Below, one piece after another: positions 42,102 to 53,544 of a stretch of 64,000 nt of DNA (the stretch's first letter is position 1; each line of letters opens with the position of its first letter). A program made the position numbers and the translations under genes. Under the pieces are notes generated by a model. The model saw nothing but the letters and a program-made list of their open reading frames with translations, searched no databases and was not told the DNA's origin. This DNA is from Carpediemonas membranifera BICM (taxonomy: Eukaryota; Protista; Fornicata), in the NCBI GenBank assembly GCA_019828565.1, contig JAHDYR010000005.1, forward strand, positions 248,001-312,000. The letters run 5' to 3'.

Positions 42102-43985
42102 ATGGAGTGTTGGGAGTCCCAACTAAACGAAGCGCTTAAGCTCAACGCGCAGCCTGTCGTAGGCTCCATCACAAAGCAGGCCGATGTATGGGAGAGGACT
42201 TCCCCCCCGGCCGAGGTCCTGGCCGCTGTGCGCGGCGTGAGAATCCCAAATTCGGAGATACCGAGTTCCACGCAGCAGAAAACAAGTCCAGAGCTAACAA
42301 AACTCCTAGAAAAGGAGGTGGAAGAGCTCATTCAGCTCGGGGCAGTGGTAGAACTGGACCAACCCCCGAAGGTGATATCGCCGGTCTTTTTGACGCCAAA
42401 ATCCGACGGCCAGGCCTGGAGGCTGATACACGACCTTCGAAGCCTCAATGAGCGGATCAGTGCGAAGAAGTTCTCGATGAAGGGACTACAAGAAGTCGCC
42501 ACAACTCTACTACCGGGAGATGCTATGATCTCGCTGGACTTTTCAAAGGGGTATTATCAACTCCTACTCCATGAGCCAGACACAGAACTGGCAGGATTCG
42601 CCGTAGGTAATCGTTTATCCACAGCTCCGAGAGCGTTCCAACAGGTATCAAAGTTTGCCGCGAGGTTCATAGGGGACCGGCTGGGCGTCAGGATAGTTGT
42701 CTACCTGGATGACTGGTTGATTCTGCATCAGGATCCTAACTACCTGCGTTCATCAATCCCAGGCATCCTTAATCTGCTAACCTCGTTCGGAGTGGTAGTG
42801 AACCAGAAAAAGGCGATATGGCAGCCCACAACGCAACTAGACTTCCTCGGGGTAACAATAGACTCAAAGGCAATGAAATTCCGCCTCTCGGCGGGAAAGA
42901 GGCAGAAATACTACGATTCCGTTGCAAAGATCCTCAAGGACAGACGGACTCTCTTCAACGACGCTGCAAAGGTGTTAGGAAGGCTAATATTCTGCTCTGT
43001 TTGCGTAGGTCCAGCGGCCCTCGTGCGATCGCGGGAGCTCGCCATCTTCCTCGCGAACGAGAAGAAGAGACACGGCAAGGAGAGTTATCCGCGCTTCAAG
43101 CGGACAGACATGAGCAAGACTGCGGTACGGGACCTCATGTGGTGGGAGAAACGCCTCAAGAAGCTCCCGGAGCGCCACTTGGTCCAGCCAGCACCCACAA
43201 TTCGAATCGAGACCGACGCATCATCACTGGCCGCAGGAGCCACGTGCTTCACCGCAGCAGCGGACCCCAAATCCTGGCAGGCGCCCTTCTCCCCGACGGA
43301 GAAAGCCCTGCACATCACGTCGAAGGAGGCCCTCGCCGCGATTCGGGCGGTACTCCTCTTCGCCGGCGACTGTCAAGAGCCCACGACGGTCCTTCTCATG
43401 TCCGACAACATGGCAGCAGTCAAGTGGGTGGTCAAATCATCCACGAAGGCGGCACCCAAGGTACGGGAGGAGGCAAGGCGCCTAGCGGACTTCTGCGCAG
43501 CCAGAGGCCACTGCATCGTCGCCAGACACATCCCCGGCGCAATGAACTGGACGGCGGACAGGCTATCGCGGCCTCAAGACGCCCCGTACAGACTGCCCTT
43601 CGAACTGCCCACGGAACTGCTCATGAAGGCGGCCGAGAAGTGGGGGGCACTCGACAGGGACCTGTCCTCGGACGGGGCCGAACTCTTCATGCTCCAAAAC
43701 TGGAGTGGCAGGGTCCTCCTCGCGCCCCCGTCGAAGCTGCTTCCAAGAGTGGCCCAGAGACTCCAGCAGCTGCACAAGCCATGCTCCGACGCGCCAGCTC
43801 TACAGACCAACGGCGTGATGATCGTATACCCGTCGATCAGGAACAACTACAGGCAAACAATCAGGGACGTCGCCACGGCACACTTCGCCATGTCATTCCC
43901 GAAGGACACAGCGCCGAGGGAGTGGCAGGCCCTGGCAGGGCCCCGCTCGCAGGTGCGCACAGAGGTCGCCTGGATCGCGACCTGA
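42102..43985 (+). CDS. pol: YR-G pol: RT (small deletion of the F..LPFG motif), RNase H, MT-like remnant
   Basis: Motifs LDFSKGYYQ, YLDD, TDAS, SDN and ADRLSR. Confidence 0.88.
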   Translation: MECWESQLNEALKLNAQPVVGSITKQADVWERTSPPAEVLAAVRGVRIPNSEIPSSTQQKTSPELTKLLEKEVEELIQLGAVVELDQPPKVISPVFLTPKSDGQAWRLIHDLRSLNERISAKKFSMKGLQEVATTLLPGDAMISLDFSKGYYQLLLHEPDTELAGFAVGNRLSTAPRAFQQVSKFAARFIGDRLGVRIVVYLDDWLILHQDPNYLRSSIPGILNLLTSFGVVVNQKKAIWQPTTQLDFLGVTIDSKAMKFRLSAGKRQKYYDSVAKILKDRRTLFNDAAKVLGRLIFCSVCVGPAALVRSRELAIFLANEKKRHGKESYPRFKRTDMSKTAVRDLMWWEKRLKKLPERHLVQPAPTIRIETDASSLAAGATCFTAAADPKSWQAPFSPTEKALHITSKEALAAIRAVLLFAGDCQEPTTVLLMSDNMAAVKWVVKSSTKAAPKVREEARRLADFCAARGHCIVARHIPGAMNWTADRLSRPQDAPYRLPFELPTELLMKAAEKWGALDRDLSSDGAELFMLQNWSGRVLLAPPSKLLPRVAQRLQQLHKPCSDAPALQTNGVMIVYPSIRNNYRQTIRDVATAHFAMSFPKDTAPREWQALAGPRSQVRTEVAWIAT

Positions 43986-45049
43986 GAGCGGCAGGTATAC
44001 TACTGCCATCACTCACAGACCCCATCGTTGAGGAGACCCCCAGAAGAGAGAGAGGCGAGACAGACCCCACGGTGCGGCACAGAGTCCAAAGCAGCCTCGC
44101 ATGCATGCGCTATGTCGAGCGGACTCGAGAGGATATAGCTGCTGAGACAACCGCCTTCCTGCGATACAGAGACGGCCCGAGAGAGTGCAACCCACAACTA
44201 CCACCAGAGCTCCAGTCAGTCTGGGCGCTAGCAAGTCCACATGGCGACCTGCTGTGGAACTATACCATCACTGAGGCACAGTTCGCGGCGGGGCAGCGAC
44301 TCAAAACGAAGTTCAAGTACATCAACCTTGGGCTAGCCGCCATAGGGCAGCCTCGAGAGCCGCGAAGCCTCGACCAGGACGTGATGAAGGCGGTAGCTCA
44401 GGCCGCAGATACCACAAGAGGAGCGCTGCAACGGAAGACCGGCAAGGCGATGCCCCTGCGGTGGGCCGTCATAGAGGCAGGCGTGAAGTCATACGGGGAG
44501 TGTGCGAGGTCCCCACACCTCTCACAAGCGATCGCGCTGGCGCTGCTTACCTTCACCACCGTCTCAAGGCTCGGCGAGACACTCAACCTGAACCGAGAGG
44601 ACGTCATGCGATGCGGTGACAGCCTGGTCGTGCGGTTTGCACGCACTAAGACGAGGAGAAATATAGTCAAGGCGGTCCCACGCACAGACGACGCTACATG
44701 CCCGACGAAGTGGCTGCTACGCCACCTGAGAAACGTCCCCTCAGGGCCGTTATGGAGAAGAACAGTGGCAGACGGGCTGACAATGGAGAACTCCACAGAG
44801 CAACTTAGAGACGAACGAGCGGTCAGATGGGAGGTCCTCGAGGACATGGCAGAGCTTCTGCACACTTCGATCACGGGGCACTCGTTCAGGAGAGGGGCAG
44901 CAGTCGAACTTATTCTCAACGGCACACCGCTCACGGTAGCCCAAGCTCTCGGGACATGGCGAGACCCAAACTCCGTACTCGGGTACGTAGAGGAGGCGGT
45001 TAGGCTAGCTCCAGATCTAGTAGCAGCGACAATCCCACGGACACGGTGA
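42818..45049 (+). CDS. YR-G tyrosine recombinase (overlaps pol)
   Basis: Motifs VSRLGE, TKT, HSFRRG, GTW and GY. Confidence 0.9.
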   Translation: MAAHNATRLPRGNNRLKGNEIPPLGGKEAEILRFRCKDPQGQTDSLQRRCKGVRKANILLCLRRSSGPRAIAGARHLPREREEETRQGELSALQADRHEQDCGTGPHVVGETPQEAPGAPLGPASTHNSNRDRRIITGRRSHVLHRSSGPQILAGALLPDGESPAHHVEGGPRRDSGGTPLRRRLSRAHDGPSHVRQHGSSQVGGQIIHEGGTQGTGGGKAPSGLLRSQRPLHRRQTHPRRNELDGGQAIAASRRPVQTALRTAHGTAHEGGREVGGTRQGPVLGRGRTLHAPKLEWQGPPRAPVEAASKSGPETPAAAQAMLRRASSTDQRRDDRIPVDQEQLQANNQGRRHGTLRHVIPEGHSAEGVAGPGRAPLAGAHRGRLDRDLRAAGILLPSLTDPIVEETPRRERGETDPTVRHRVQSSLACMRYVERTREDIAAETTAFLRYRDGPRECNPQLPPELQSVWALASPHGDLLWNYTITEAQFAAGQRLKTKFKYINLGLAAIGQPREPRSLDQDVMKAVAQAADTTRGALQRKTGKAMPLRWAVIEAGVKSYGECARSPHLSQAIALALLTFTTVSRLGETLNLNREDVMRCGDSLVVRFARTKTRRNIVKAVPRTDDATCPTKWLLRHLRNVPSGPLWRRTVADGLTMENSTEQLRDERAVRWEVLEDMAELLHTSITGHSFRRGAAVELILNGTPLTVAQALGTWRDPNSVLGYVEEAVRLAPDLVAATIPRTR

Positions 45050-45161
45050 TGGGATGGAACATCCTTTCGCTTTGTAATCTGATCGTGGTAATCGTGCCTA
45101 GCACGATGCCGTACGGCTCCGGACACGGGCGTCCGCGGCCCGGCGCTCCCATCATGCGATC

Positions 45162-48100
45162 TGTCGTAGACTCCTTATCATTTAATCAGTTGATGATTAC
45201 GACACCATTGTGTCGAGATTAAAATGTTTCCCACCGACAACGTCATAGTGATCACTCGTAATGGTTCAGTTGGAAATCGATTATAATTTCCCGCGTATGT
45301 CGGCCAAGGAGCTCGATCCTCGCGGTGTTAAGAAATTCAAAGCCGAGGTTCGCGTGTTTCGCGCTCGGATCCCCGACTATGCTACCGGGCTCCTGCTTAG
45401 CGAGGAGTTACAGGAAGAATTAGAAGCAACCCTCGGTGTGAGCGCTGAGAGCGCCACCTCCAACCAAGTATATGAGTTCCTCGAATCCGAGGCCACACCC
45501 CGTTCCCTGCTCGAACTTAAACGCCAGCTGCGTGCTGTGCTGTGCCCGAAGCTGGGTACCGAGGGTTACCCCTCGAATCTCTCTGTCGTCCGCCAGCTGG
45601 GCGCCGATTTCGTGGAACTCGCAGATTACGCCCTTCGTTCCGCCGCGAAGGAGGGCAGCGAGAGCCTAGCAGCGCTCTTTGGCAAGGAGAAGCGAAAGAT
45701 GGCCCGCCTGCTTGAAGACGGCACTGCCGAGGTGGTGGAGGAGGAGGCACTCCTCACTGCCGCCGACGTCGCAGCGAAGCGAGCAGCCGCCTTCGACAAG
45801 ACGGCAAGGAAGATCTTTCTGGAGAAGATCAAGCCGAAGTCGCTCTACGAAAGGATCGAGCTCGAGAGCCAGTTCGTCAAGCCGTCCTCCCTCAAGGACC
45901 TCATCAACATCGCACGCACCGTCGCCAAGCTCGAGGATGCGTCTAACTCCACGACCACGACCGCCTCCAGCACCTCTGCAGGCGCCTCGCAGGCCAACGA
46001 CCACCGGGAGCACCGTCAGGCGCCTCCCCAGGCTGCTAAGACCACCACTGCCGCCCAGTCCTCGCGTAAGCAGCGTACAAGACCGTGCCGCCTTTGCGGA
46101 GGCGAGCACTGGGACTCAGATTGCCCTAAGCTCGGGGGCCGGACCCGCGAGAGCGGCCAGCTCCGCCCTAACCCCCCGAAGAAGACGCCCTTCGAGGCGC
46201 ACGCGGCAGAGGAGGGTGATGCTGAAGCTCTCCACACGGAGGCTGTCATAAATCACTCCTCCTATTCTGCTACGGTTGACACGGGAGCCGGGGTCTCATT
46301 CATTAGCAGCCGACTGCTTCACACTCTGAGAGAGCGTGACAACTCCATCAAGCCGAAGAAGTGCCAACCGTTTATCGTCTCGCTGGCGGGAGGTAGCACC
46401 GTCAAGGGTAATGAGATGGTTGAGCTCCGCGTCGAGCTCCCACACCTGACCACGAGACCCATAGTCAAGAACATCAGCTTCAGAGTACTCCCAGGTCCTG
46501 TGGAGAAGCTCCTATTGGGCGTAGATCAGCTGAGAGCCCTCGGGTTCATCAGCGACAGAGGAATCTTCCTCCCTTTCCCGTCGCCAGAAGGCCCGGAGAA
46601 GGAAGATGACATCCTCCCTTACAACCACAGCTACTTATCGGCGGAACACGCTGATAATAGGAGCATCAAGACCGAAATCGATAAGATCGAGTTCGGCGAG
46701 AACGAAACCGGCGCAGCAGCACGAGAGATCTGCGCTGCATACGAAGAAGTGTTCGAGGAAGAGCTCCCTACAGAAGGCAGCAAGCTTGAACCGATGTCTA
46801 TTGATTTCATTTCCGACGACTGGGTGAATGAGTTCAACCAAAAACCGAGACACCTCTCGGAGGAAAAGCGAGAGAAGGTGCGCCAGGAGGTCACGCAGAT
46901 GCACCTCCAGCACATTATCCGCCACAGTCACGGGCCATATGCCTCGCCCGTAGTGGTGGTTTCGAACGGGCACAAGGGGTCGACCAAGATTCGCCTATGT
47001 GTAGACTACACCGTCATCAACCGTCACACGAAGCGGGATAGGTACCCGCTACCTGACATCAGGGCGTACCTGCGGGAAAGCCGCAGGCGCAGAGTACTAC
47101 GCCAGTCTCGACCTGAGACAAGGTTACTATCAAGTCAAGGTTAAGGAGGAGGACATTCCCAAGACCGCCTTTATCACCCCGGATGCGTACGAGGAGTTCG
47201 AGAGACTCCCGTTTGGCCTCTGCAACGCCCCATCACACTTTCAGAGATGTATGGAGAAGGCCTTCGCGAAGGAGCTACACCACGGCGTGGCTATCTACAT
47301 CGACGATGTCATGATATATGGCCGCACGAAGGAGGAGTTCCTAGAACGGCTGCACAACGTCCTTGATATCTGCAAGGAACAACGCCTCCGGCTCAAAGCG
47401 CCGAAATGCAAGATTGGCGTGGAGGAGGTGGAGATGCTAGGCTTCATCTGTAATACAGAGGGCCTAAAGCTAAGCAAGGAACGCGTGGAGGGAATCCATG
47501 CCCTGAAAACGCCAACGACGAAGAAAGGACTTCTTTCAATGTGTGGTTCGCTGAACTACGTAGCGAAATTTGTTCCTGACGCTAGTAGAGTACTATCTCC
47601 CATCAATGACTTGCGGTCGGCCACCGATGGCGCCGATTTCATTTGGTCATCGATTCATGATGAGGCACTTGACGAGTTCAAGAGACGCCTCGAGAAGTAC
47701 CTAGTACTGGTCCATCCGGACCTCAACAAGAAGTGGGTGCTCCAGACGGACGCCTCAGATATAGGATTCGGTGGCATCCTCACTCAGGAGGGGGACGACG
47801 GACGCCAAGAGATAGTCTCGTTCTTCTCGGGATCCTTCAACAAGACTCAGACAAGGTGGAGTACCTACGAACAGGAGCTGTTCGCAATCATACACTGCCT
47901 GACCAGACCAGATCTTGGCCAGCTCTTCAGGATTCACCCAAATCTGACAATTCAGACTGATCACAAGAACCTTGTGTATCTTGATCAGAAGAAGCTTAAG
48001 AACGATAAGATCCTCCGTTGGTCGCTGTTACTATCGGATTATCAGTATACAATCGAACATATCGCCGGTCTTGATAACGAGACCGCGGACTTGATGTCCC

Positions 48101-49593
48101 GCATCGACGCACTAGCCGTGGAGCTTACAGATTGGAACGATGAGATTAGTTCTGCTCAAAAGAACACCTCCCAAGAGGAGAAGGATTCTTGGCGACGCGC
48201 TGGTGCCACCATCAACAACAACACCTGGGTGAAGGATGCCGTCCCCGTCCTCCCCAAAGACGCCAGAGCGCTACGACACAAGCTGATCAAAGCCGCCCAC
48301 AGCAGACATGGCGGCAGAGCTGATACGCTTCAACGGGTAGCCGAGGTCGCCTGGTGGCCCGGCCGCGCTAGAGACGTGAGCAACTTCGTCCAGCAGTGCC
48401 CCACCTGTGCCAAGACAAGGCTCAAGCAGTTCTTGTCAGCCCCAGAGGGGCGCACCATTCAAGACTCGTTCTGGAACACCATAGCCATCGACACGGTGGG
48501 ACCGCTGTCGGAGGACGCGTATGGGGCCAAGTACATCTACGTCATCACGGACCTCTACACACGCTACACAGAGCTGCATGCGGCAACCGCAAACAATGCC
48601 CAGAGCGCGGTCGACGCCCTATGGCTGGCCGTCACCCGCCACGGCATCCCAAGCTACATCAAGAGTGACAACGGAACAGAGTATGTTAATCAGGTCGTGA
48701 GCCTCCTGATTGAACAGCTCGGAGCGCACCACCAGCGGACGTTGCCATACCATCCTCAAAGTAACGGGGTGGTCGAGCGCCGGAACGCGGAAGTCGGACG
48801 TCACCTCAGATGGCTGGCGCTGGCTATGGACGGCTATGGAGAGTGGAGCCAACTCCTCCCCTTCGTCCAGCACATCTTGAACACATCAACACACACGAAG
48901 CTCGGCGTATCGCCGCACGAGGTCGTCTACGGCCGCCGAGCAGAGATCGGTCTGGTCAGAAATCAACAAGCGGCGCTAGAGAGACCCGATATCGCGCAAT
49001 ATCTCGATCGACTAGCTCACGTCCAGGACAATCTGGACAAGGTTATAACTCAGTGCAACAAGAGGGAGGAGAGGCTGGGCCCTGCCCCAACACGCCCAGC
49101 TATTAGGTCAGGTGACCTAGTGTTCATCAAACCAGCTGTCAAGCACAAGCTGCACGGCCTACTCGGCCCATTCAAGGTTCACGCAATCCACAGCAACAAC
49201 GCTGTTGAAGTAGCGTCCCTACTCAATGACGAGAGGCAATTCACGCATCTGGACAAGATTGCCCTCTGCCCTGACATCTCCCTGGAGTTGGCGAGACAGT
49301 ATGCCGCCTCCGACGACGAGAGATACATTGTAGAACAAGTACTTGAGCACAACACTCGAGACCACACCCTACTCATTAAGTGGGAGGGCTACACCCAGAC
49401 GACATGGGAACCACTGACACGCGACAATGCCAAGGTCGGCCCAATTTCCGACTACCTCCGGCAACATAGGATTCGATGGAAGCCGTTGAACACCTCGGAG
49501 CGGGGGAGGAGCAGGATGTCGTAGACTCCTTATCATTTAATCAGTTGATGATTACGACACCATTGTTTAAAATGTTTCCCACCGACAACGTCA
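45162..49593 (+). mobile_element. Gy4: chromodomain Gypsy element
   Basis: LTRs at 45162-45245 (84 bp) and 49517-49593 (77 bp); TSD GATC; PPT GGGGGAGGAGCAGGA. Confidence 0.95.
45261..49524 (+). CDS. pol: Gy4 gag-pol (frameshift near 47080)
   Basis: Motifs CRLCGGEHWDSDC, VDTGA, YIDD, TDAS, SDNGTEY...NGVVER and IKWEGY..TTWEP. Confidence 0.92.
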
Positions 49594-49913
49594 GATCCCG
49601 CCCCCCGGTTGTGCGGGTCCTACGACCCCACCGGGGCGCCCCGGCGGTCGGACGACGCCCGGCCAGGTGGACCAATTCGGAGGGGGAAATTTGAGCGGAT
49701 CAATTTCCCCGCCCAATCCCCAGGTTTGGCCGATGTCTGACCCTCTTTAAACATCCTTTCGCTTTGTAATCTGATCGTGGTAATCGTGCCTAGCACGTTG
49801 ACAAGGAGAGCGAAGCGTCAGTAGTTCGGCGCAGGTGGCCGAGGGAATTTAGATTCGGTCCTGATTTGATCTGGCTCTGTGGAGTCGATCGAGATCGAAT
49901 CGAAGTGGTTTAG

Positions 49914-50408
49914 ATGGAACGGGAACAAGAAGATCAAGCCCAGCAAGGGCAACATGAGCAGGAGGTGCTCAACGCCCCAATTGAAGAGGGAAAACCAGTA
50001 GCTGAAGAACTACAGGCCCTACGGGCGGAGCTCGCTGATCTTAGAGCCGAGCGAGCACGCAACCATTGGATCAAGCCTTCAGCGGGCGCCATGCGTGAGG
50101 AAGCCGACTTCCTTGAACGCCTGTACCGTGACCTGCGCTTCAACCGCGCGACCTCAGGCGATGTCGTCCTCAACCGCCTCTACGCCCGGCACCGCCTCCT
50201 CTGGGCCAAGGACCGTTATGGTTATGAGGTCTCCCTCTCTATCAACGCCGTGATCGAGGCTGAGCTGGCCAGAGAGCCCGAAATCGATGAGGATCAACTC
50301 GAGTCTAAGATCCTGACGGCCCTCTCAAAAATTCCCCGCCTCGGTGAGAAGGAGCGCACACGCTCTTCTTTTCAGAAGAGGAAGCGCGCCGGCCCTCGGC
50401 AGCATTAA
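49914..50408 (+). CDS. gag: YR-H gag-like ORF1
   Basis: Motif MREEADFLERLY...RHRLLWAKDRYG. Confidence 0.78.
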   Translation: MEREQEDQAQQGQHEQEVLNAPIEEGKPVAEELQALRAELADLRAERARNHWIKPSAGAMREEADFLERLYRDLRFNRATSGDVVLNRLYARHRLLWAKDRYGYEVSLSINAVIEAELAREPEIDEDQLESKILTALSKIPRLGEKERTRSSFQKRKRAGPRQH

Positions 50409-50599
50409 CGAGCAAACCCGATCAAGATGCATTTTACCCAACAACACCTCCTTCAGATCCTCCTCCTTCCCCACCTCCTCTTCCCCCTTCCTCACCAACG
50501 CCTCCACAACCGAGCTACGACATACCGTCTCACCCCGCACGCCCTGTAGACGAAGAGCCTCTATCCTATCCCTCCAACGCGGACAAGACCTTTCCCTCC

Positions 50600-52491
50600 A
50601 TGAATCCGCGGTGGAAAACATGGCAGCGCTTTGGAACGCCCTCCGAAGTGGTACAGTGGCTCAGAGAAGGCGTCCCGATCACAACAACAGCGACACCGAA
50701 GCGCCCCAGCCTCCAATGCGCCAGAAAGGACCAGCTAAGACACTTCCGCGCTCATCTTCGAGAACTTCTAAGGGTGGGCGCGGCATCCCCAGTCCGCCGG
50801 CCGCGCCTAATAAGCCCGATCTTTACCGTCCTCAAAGGAGAGGGCCCAAGCACCCGCTTGATCCACGATCTTCGAAATCTGAACGCAGTCACGGCAAACC
50901 GGCGGGTATTCCGCCTTCACGGTCTCAAGAGAGCCATATCTATGCTCAACGAGGGCGACTCGATGATCCGACTGGACCTCAAGTCGGGGTACTATCAGCT
51001 TGGAGTGAAACCCAAAGACAAGGACCTATTATCGTTCGTTGTCGACGGAAGGCCGTACTGCTTCAATGTACTGCCCTTCGGCTGGTCCGCGGCGCCTTGG
51101 TACTTCCAAGCGACGATGCTAGCGGCTGCTTCCATCATAACCAAGCGATTCCCGGTCAAAGCAGTCATTTACCTCGACGACTGGTTGATAAGTGCACCAA
51201 AAGAGACACTCATGCAATACAAGAGCGACATTCTCCAAACTCTAGACGCACTCGGCCTTATCATCAACTTCGAGAAGAGCAATCCAGTCTCCATTACAAC
51301 CTTCCTCGGCTTCAGCATCGACAACAAGCGCCCAGGATCTCTCTAGCCAGCGAGAAGCGCCTCCGCTACCTTCACCGCGTCGAAGAGGCCATGCTATCAA
51401 GGCGATGGACGGGCCCAGCGTGGGAAAAGCTTCTAGGATGCCTCAGCTTCGCTTCAATCGCATGGCCGGACGGCCGTGCATGGCTACGCTCTCTCCAGAC
51501 ACACAAGCAAGGCCTAGAAGCCCAGACCCTCGCGGCCCTGGGCGAGTGGGCCCACCGTCTCTCCCGCGAGTCGCCTACCAGATCATTCGACGACCTAGCA
51601 TCTCTTTGGGGTCTGAGAGAAGCCATGGACATCACAGTAGCTTCCGACGCCGCCCAGAGCTCCATAGGAGCCGTGATCAGGAGGCCCGGACAGCCAGACA
51701 AAGCCTTCGCCAGACAAATCCACGCGTCCTCCTCCAAGCACATCACAGAGGAGTTTCTAGCAGCATGCGAGGCCCTAGAGATGCTAACTCAGGACGAGGC
51801 GGCATCCGGGCGCGAGGTCACGATCTTCTCGGACTCGTCGGCCGCTGTCAGCTGGATCAACAGGCAGGGGTCCACGAGAGCACCTCAGTCCGTCATAGCC
51901 CGAGTGCAGCAGCTGTGGCCAGTCCTAGCAAGCAAGTCTATCTCCGTCAGGGCGGTCCACACACAAGGGCACCTCAATGTCACAGCAGATGCCCTGTCTC
52001 GCTTCGAGCGCCTGCACTGGAGGACCCCAAGGGGCATACTGTCCTGGATCATGGACGCCTGGGGCCCCGTACAGGTCGATGTCACGGGTCATCCGACCAA
52101 AGACCTCCTTCTCCCAGGCTTCACGGAGAAGTCCAGCTCGTTCTCAGACCAAGGCCTCGAGTCAAACTGGTCGGGCCTCAGGGTCTTCATGGCGCCTCCC
52201 TGGGCCATGCTCCCGCGAGTGCTAGCAAAGCTCGCCCGTATATCAGAGCCTCTCGACGGTCGAGACCCACGGTCACTCCGCTCAGCCGCAATACTCGTCA
52301 CACCGGACCTCCAATCCGCTACCGTCCTGGCTCTCAAGCGAATGACCTGCTTAAAGAGGAGATGGAGCTTCCCAGCCAACCAGCTAGTCGGCTCAGAGTT
52401 GGAAAAGCTTTCCAACGACGGCAACATCAGGATGCTAGCTCTGATGTTCGCGACGACGTCTTCACCCGCACGGCCCAACACCCTCTACTAG
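50600..52491 (+). CDS. pol: YR-H pol (frameshift near 51335)
   Basis: LDLKSGYYQ, LPFGW and YLDD before the shift; SDAA, FSDS, ADALSR and VFMAPPW after it. Confidence 0.88.
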
Positions 52492-53366
52492 CAGGGTACT
52501 GTCAGAGCTATCGTAGTCACATCGCCGGCGTCTTGGCACAGTTCGCTGCGTTCAACCCGAGCATCCCCCTCATCAGTGACGAGAGGGTCACCACATGGGC
52601 CGCAGAACAGTGTTCCCACGTCGGTCAGGTCACCCTAATGCGCAAGGCCGAGGTTGTGAAGCGCTTTGCTCCGCAGTTCATTGGCAAGGTCTCCCCCTAC
52701 ATTATGCAGCTGTCCAAGGGCGCATCAAAAGAGGCTCGCAGCCGCCCCCGGGGCCCAGCAGTTCCCATCAGGGTCCACATGATCATGCGGCGCTGGAAGG
52801 AGGCCAGCCCACTGCGCCACGCTGACCCCTCCTGGAGACAGGCCTTCCTATTCGGTCTCCTGGCCTATACCACCACATCTAGGCCAGGCGAGATCTTTGC
52901 GCTCCGCAGCGAGGACATCAAGGGCAGACCAGGCAGAGGTCTCCGCATCCGTATTGTCCGCACCAAGACAGGCCGTACTGACGTCTGGAAGGTGGTTCCA
53001 CGCATTGAGGGCCTGCCATTCTCCCCGGCAGACCTTCTCTTCGCACACCTGGAGGGTATGCGCCACCACAAAGGGCAGTCCGTCTGGCGTTCACCCGCTA
53101 GCATCGACGGCCGCCTCTCCCCAGACCATGCGATCGAGTACACCGTCTTAGAGGACCAGGTCAAGGGTGTCTTTGGCAGGATCATCACCCTTCACGGCTT
53201 CCGCCGTGGCTCGGCCGCCGACCTAATCCTGGCTGGTGTGCCAGTTCCAGTGGTCGCGGCAAAAGGCACATGGGCATCAGAGGATAGTCTGATCAGATAT
53301 ATTGAGGACACGCTCCGCCTCGACGGGGTGTCGTCGACGATTCCTTTCATCAAGCTTCTTGGGTAA
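51405..53366 (+). CDS. YR-H tyrosine recombinase (overlaps pol)
   Basis: Motifs TSRPGE, TKT, HGFRRG, GTW and RY. Confidence 0.9.
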   Translation: MDGPSVGKASRMPQLRFNRMAGRPCMATLSPDTQARPRSPDPRGPGRVGPPSLPRVAYQIIRRPSISLGSERSHGHHSSFRRRPELHRSRDQEARTARQSLRQTNPRVLLQAHHRGVSSSMRGPRDANSGRGGIRARGHDLLGLVGRCQLDQQAGVHESTSVRHSPSAAAVASPSKQVYLRQGGPHTRAPQCHSRCPVSLRAPALEDPKGHTVLDHGRLGPRTGRCHGSSDQRPPSPRLHGEVQLVLRPRPRVKLVGPQGLHGASLGHAPASASKARPYIRASRRSRPTVTPLSRNTRHTGPPIRYRPGSQANDLLKEEMELPSQPASRLRVGKAFQRRQHQDASSDVRDDVFTRTAQHPLLAGYCQSYRSHIAGVLAQFAAFNPSIPLISDERVTTWAAEQCSHVGQVTLMRKAEVVKRFAPQFIGKVSPYIMQLSKGASKEARSRPRGPAVPIRVHMIMRRWKEASPLRHADPSWRQAFLFGLLAYTTTSRPGEIFALRSEDIKGRPGRGLRIRIVRTKTGRTDVWKVVPRIEGLPFSPADLLFAHLEGMRHHKGQSVWRSPASIDGRLSPDHAIEYTVLEDQVKGVFGRIITLHGFRRGSAADLILAGVPVPVVAAKGTWASEDSLIRYIEDTLRLDGVSSTIPFIKLLG

Positions 53367-53544
53367 GGTTGAGGAGCCTACCCGGAGGTTACCGTTGTGC
53401 GTCAAAGTGAGACGAACGGTAAATGCATCAGGAGAGTTATGGATAGTGTCTTGAGGGCCAAGAGAGGCCATGACCACAGCAATTGGGGCGACCGGGATAA
53501 CCCCACGGATATGATTGCGTAGGCTTCCTTATCGTCTGCCTGAC

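Larger units (their letters stand above)
41187..49797 (+). mobile_element. YR-G: complete split-direct-repeat element, A1-gag-pol-YR-B1-A2-B2
   Basis: A1 41187-41461; B1 45058-45105; A2 45108-49737 (contains Gy4); B2 49750-49797. Confidence 0.92.
49798..53500 (+). mobile_element. YR-H tyrosine-recombinase retrotransposon (3' end approximate)
   Basis: Begins directly after B2 of YR-G; contains gag, pol and YR. Confidence 0.85.
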
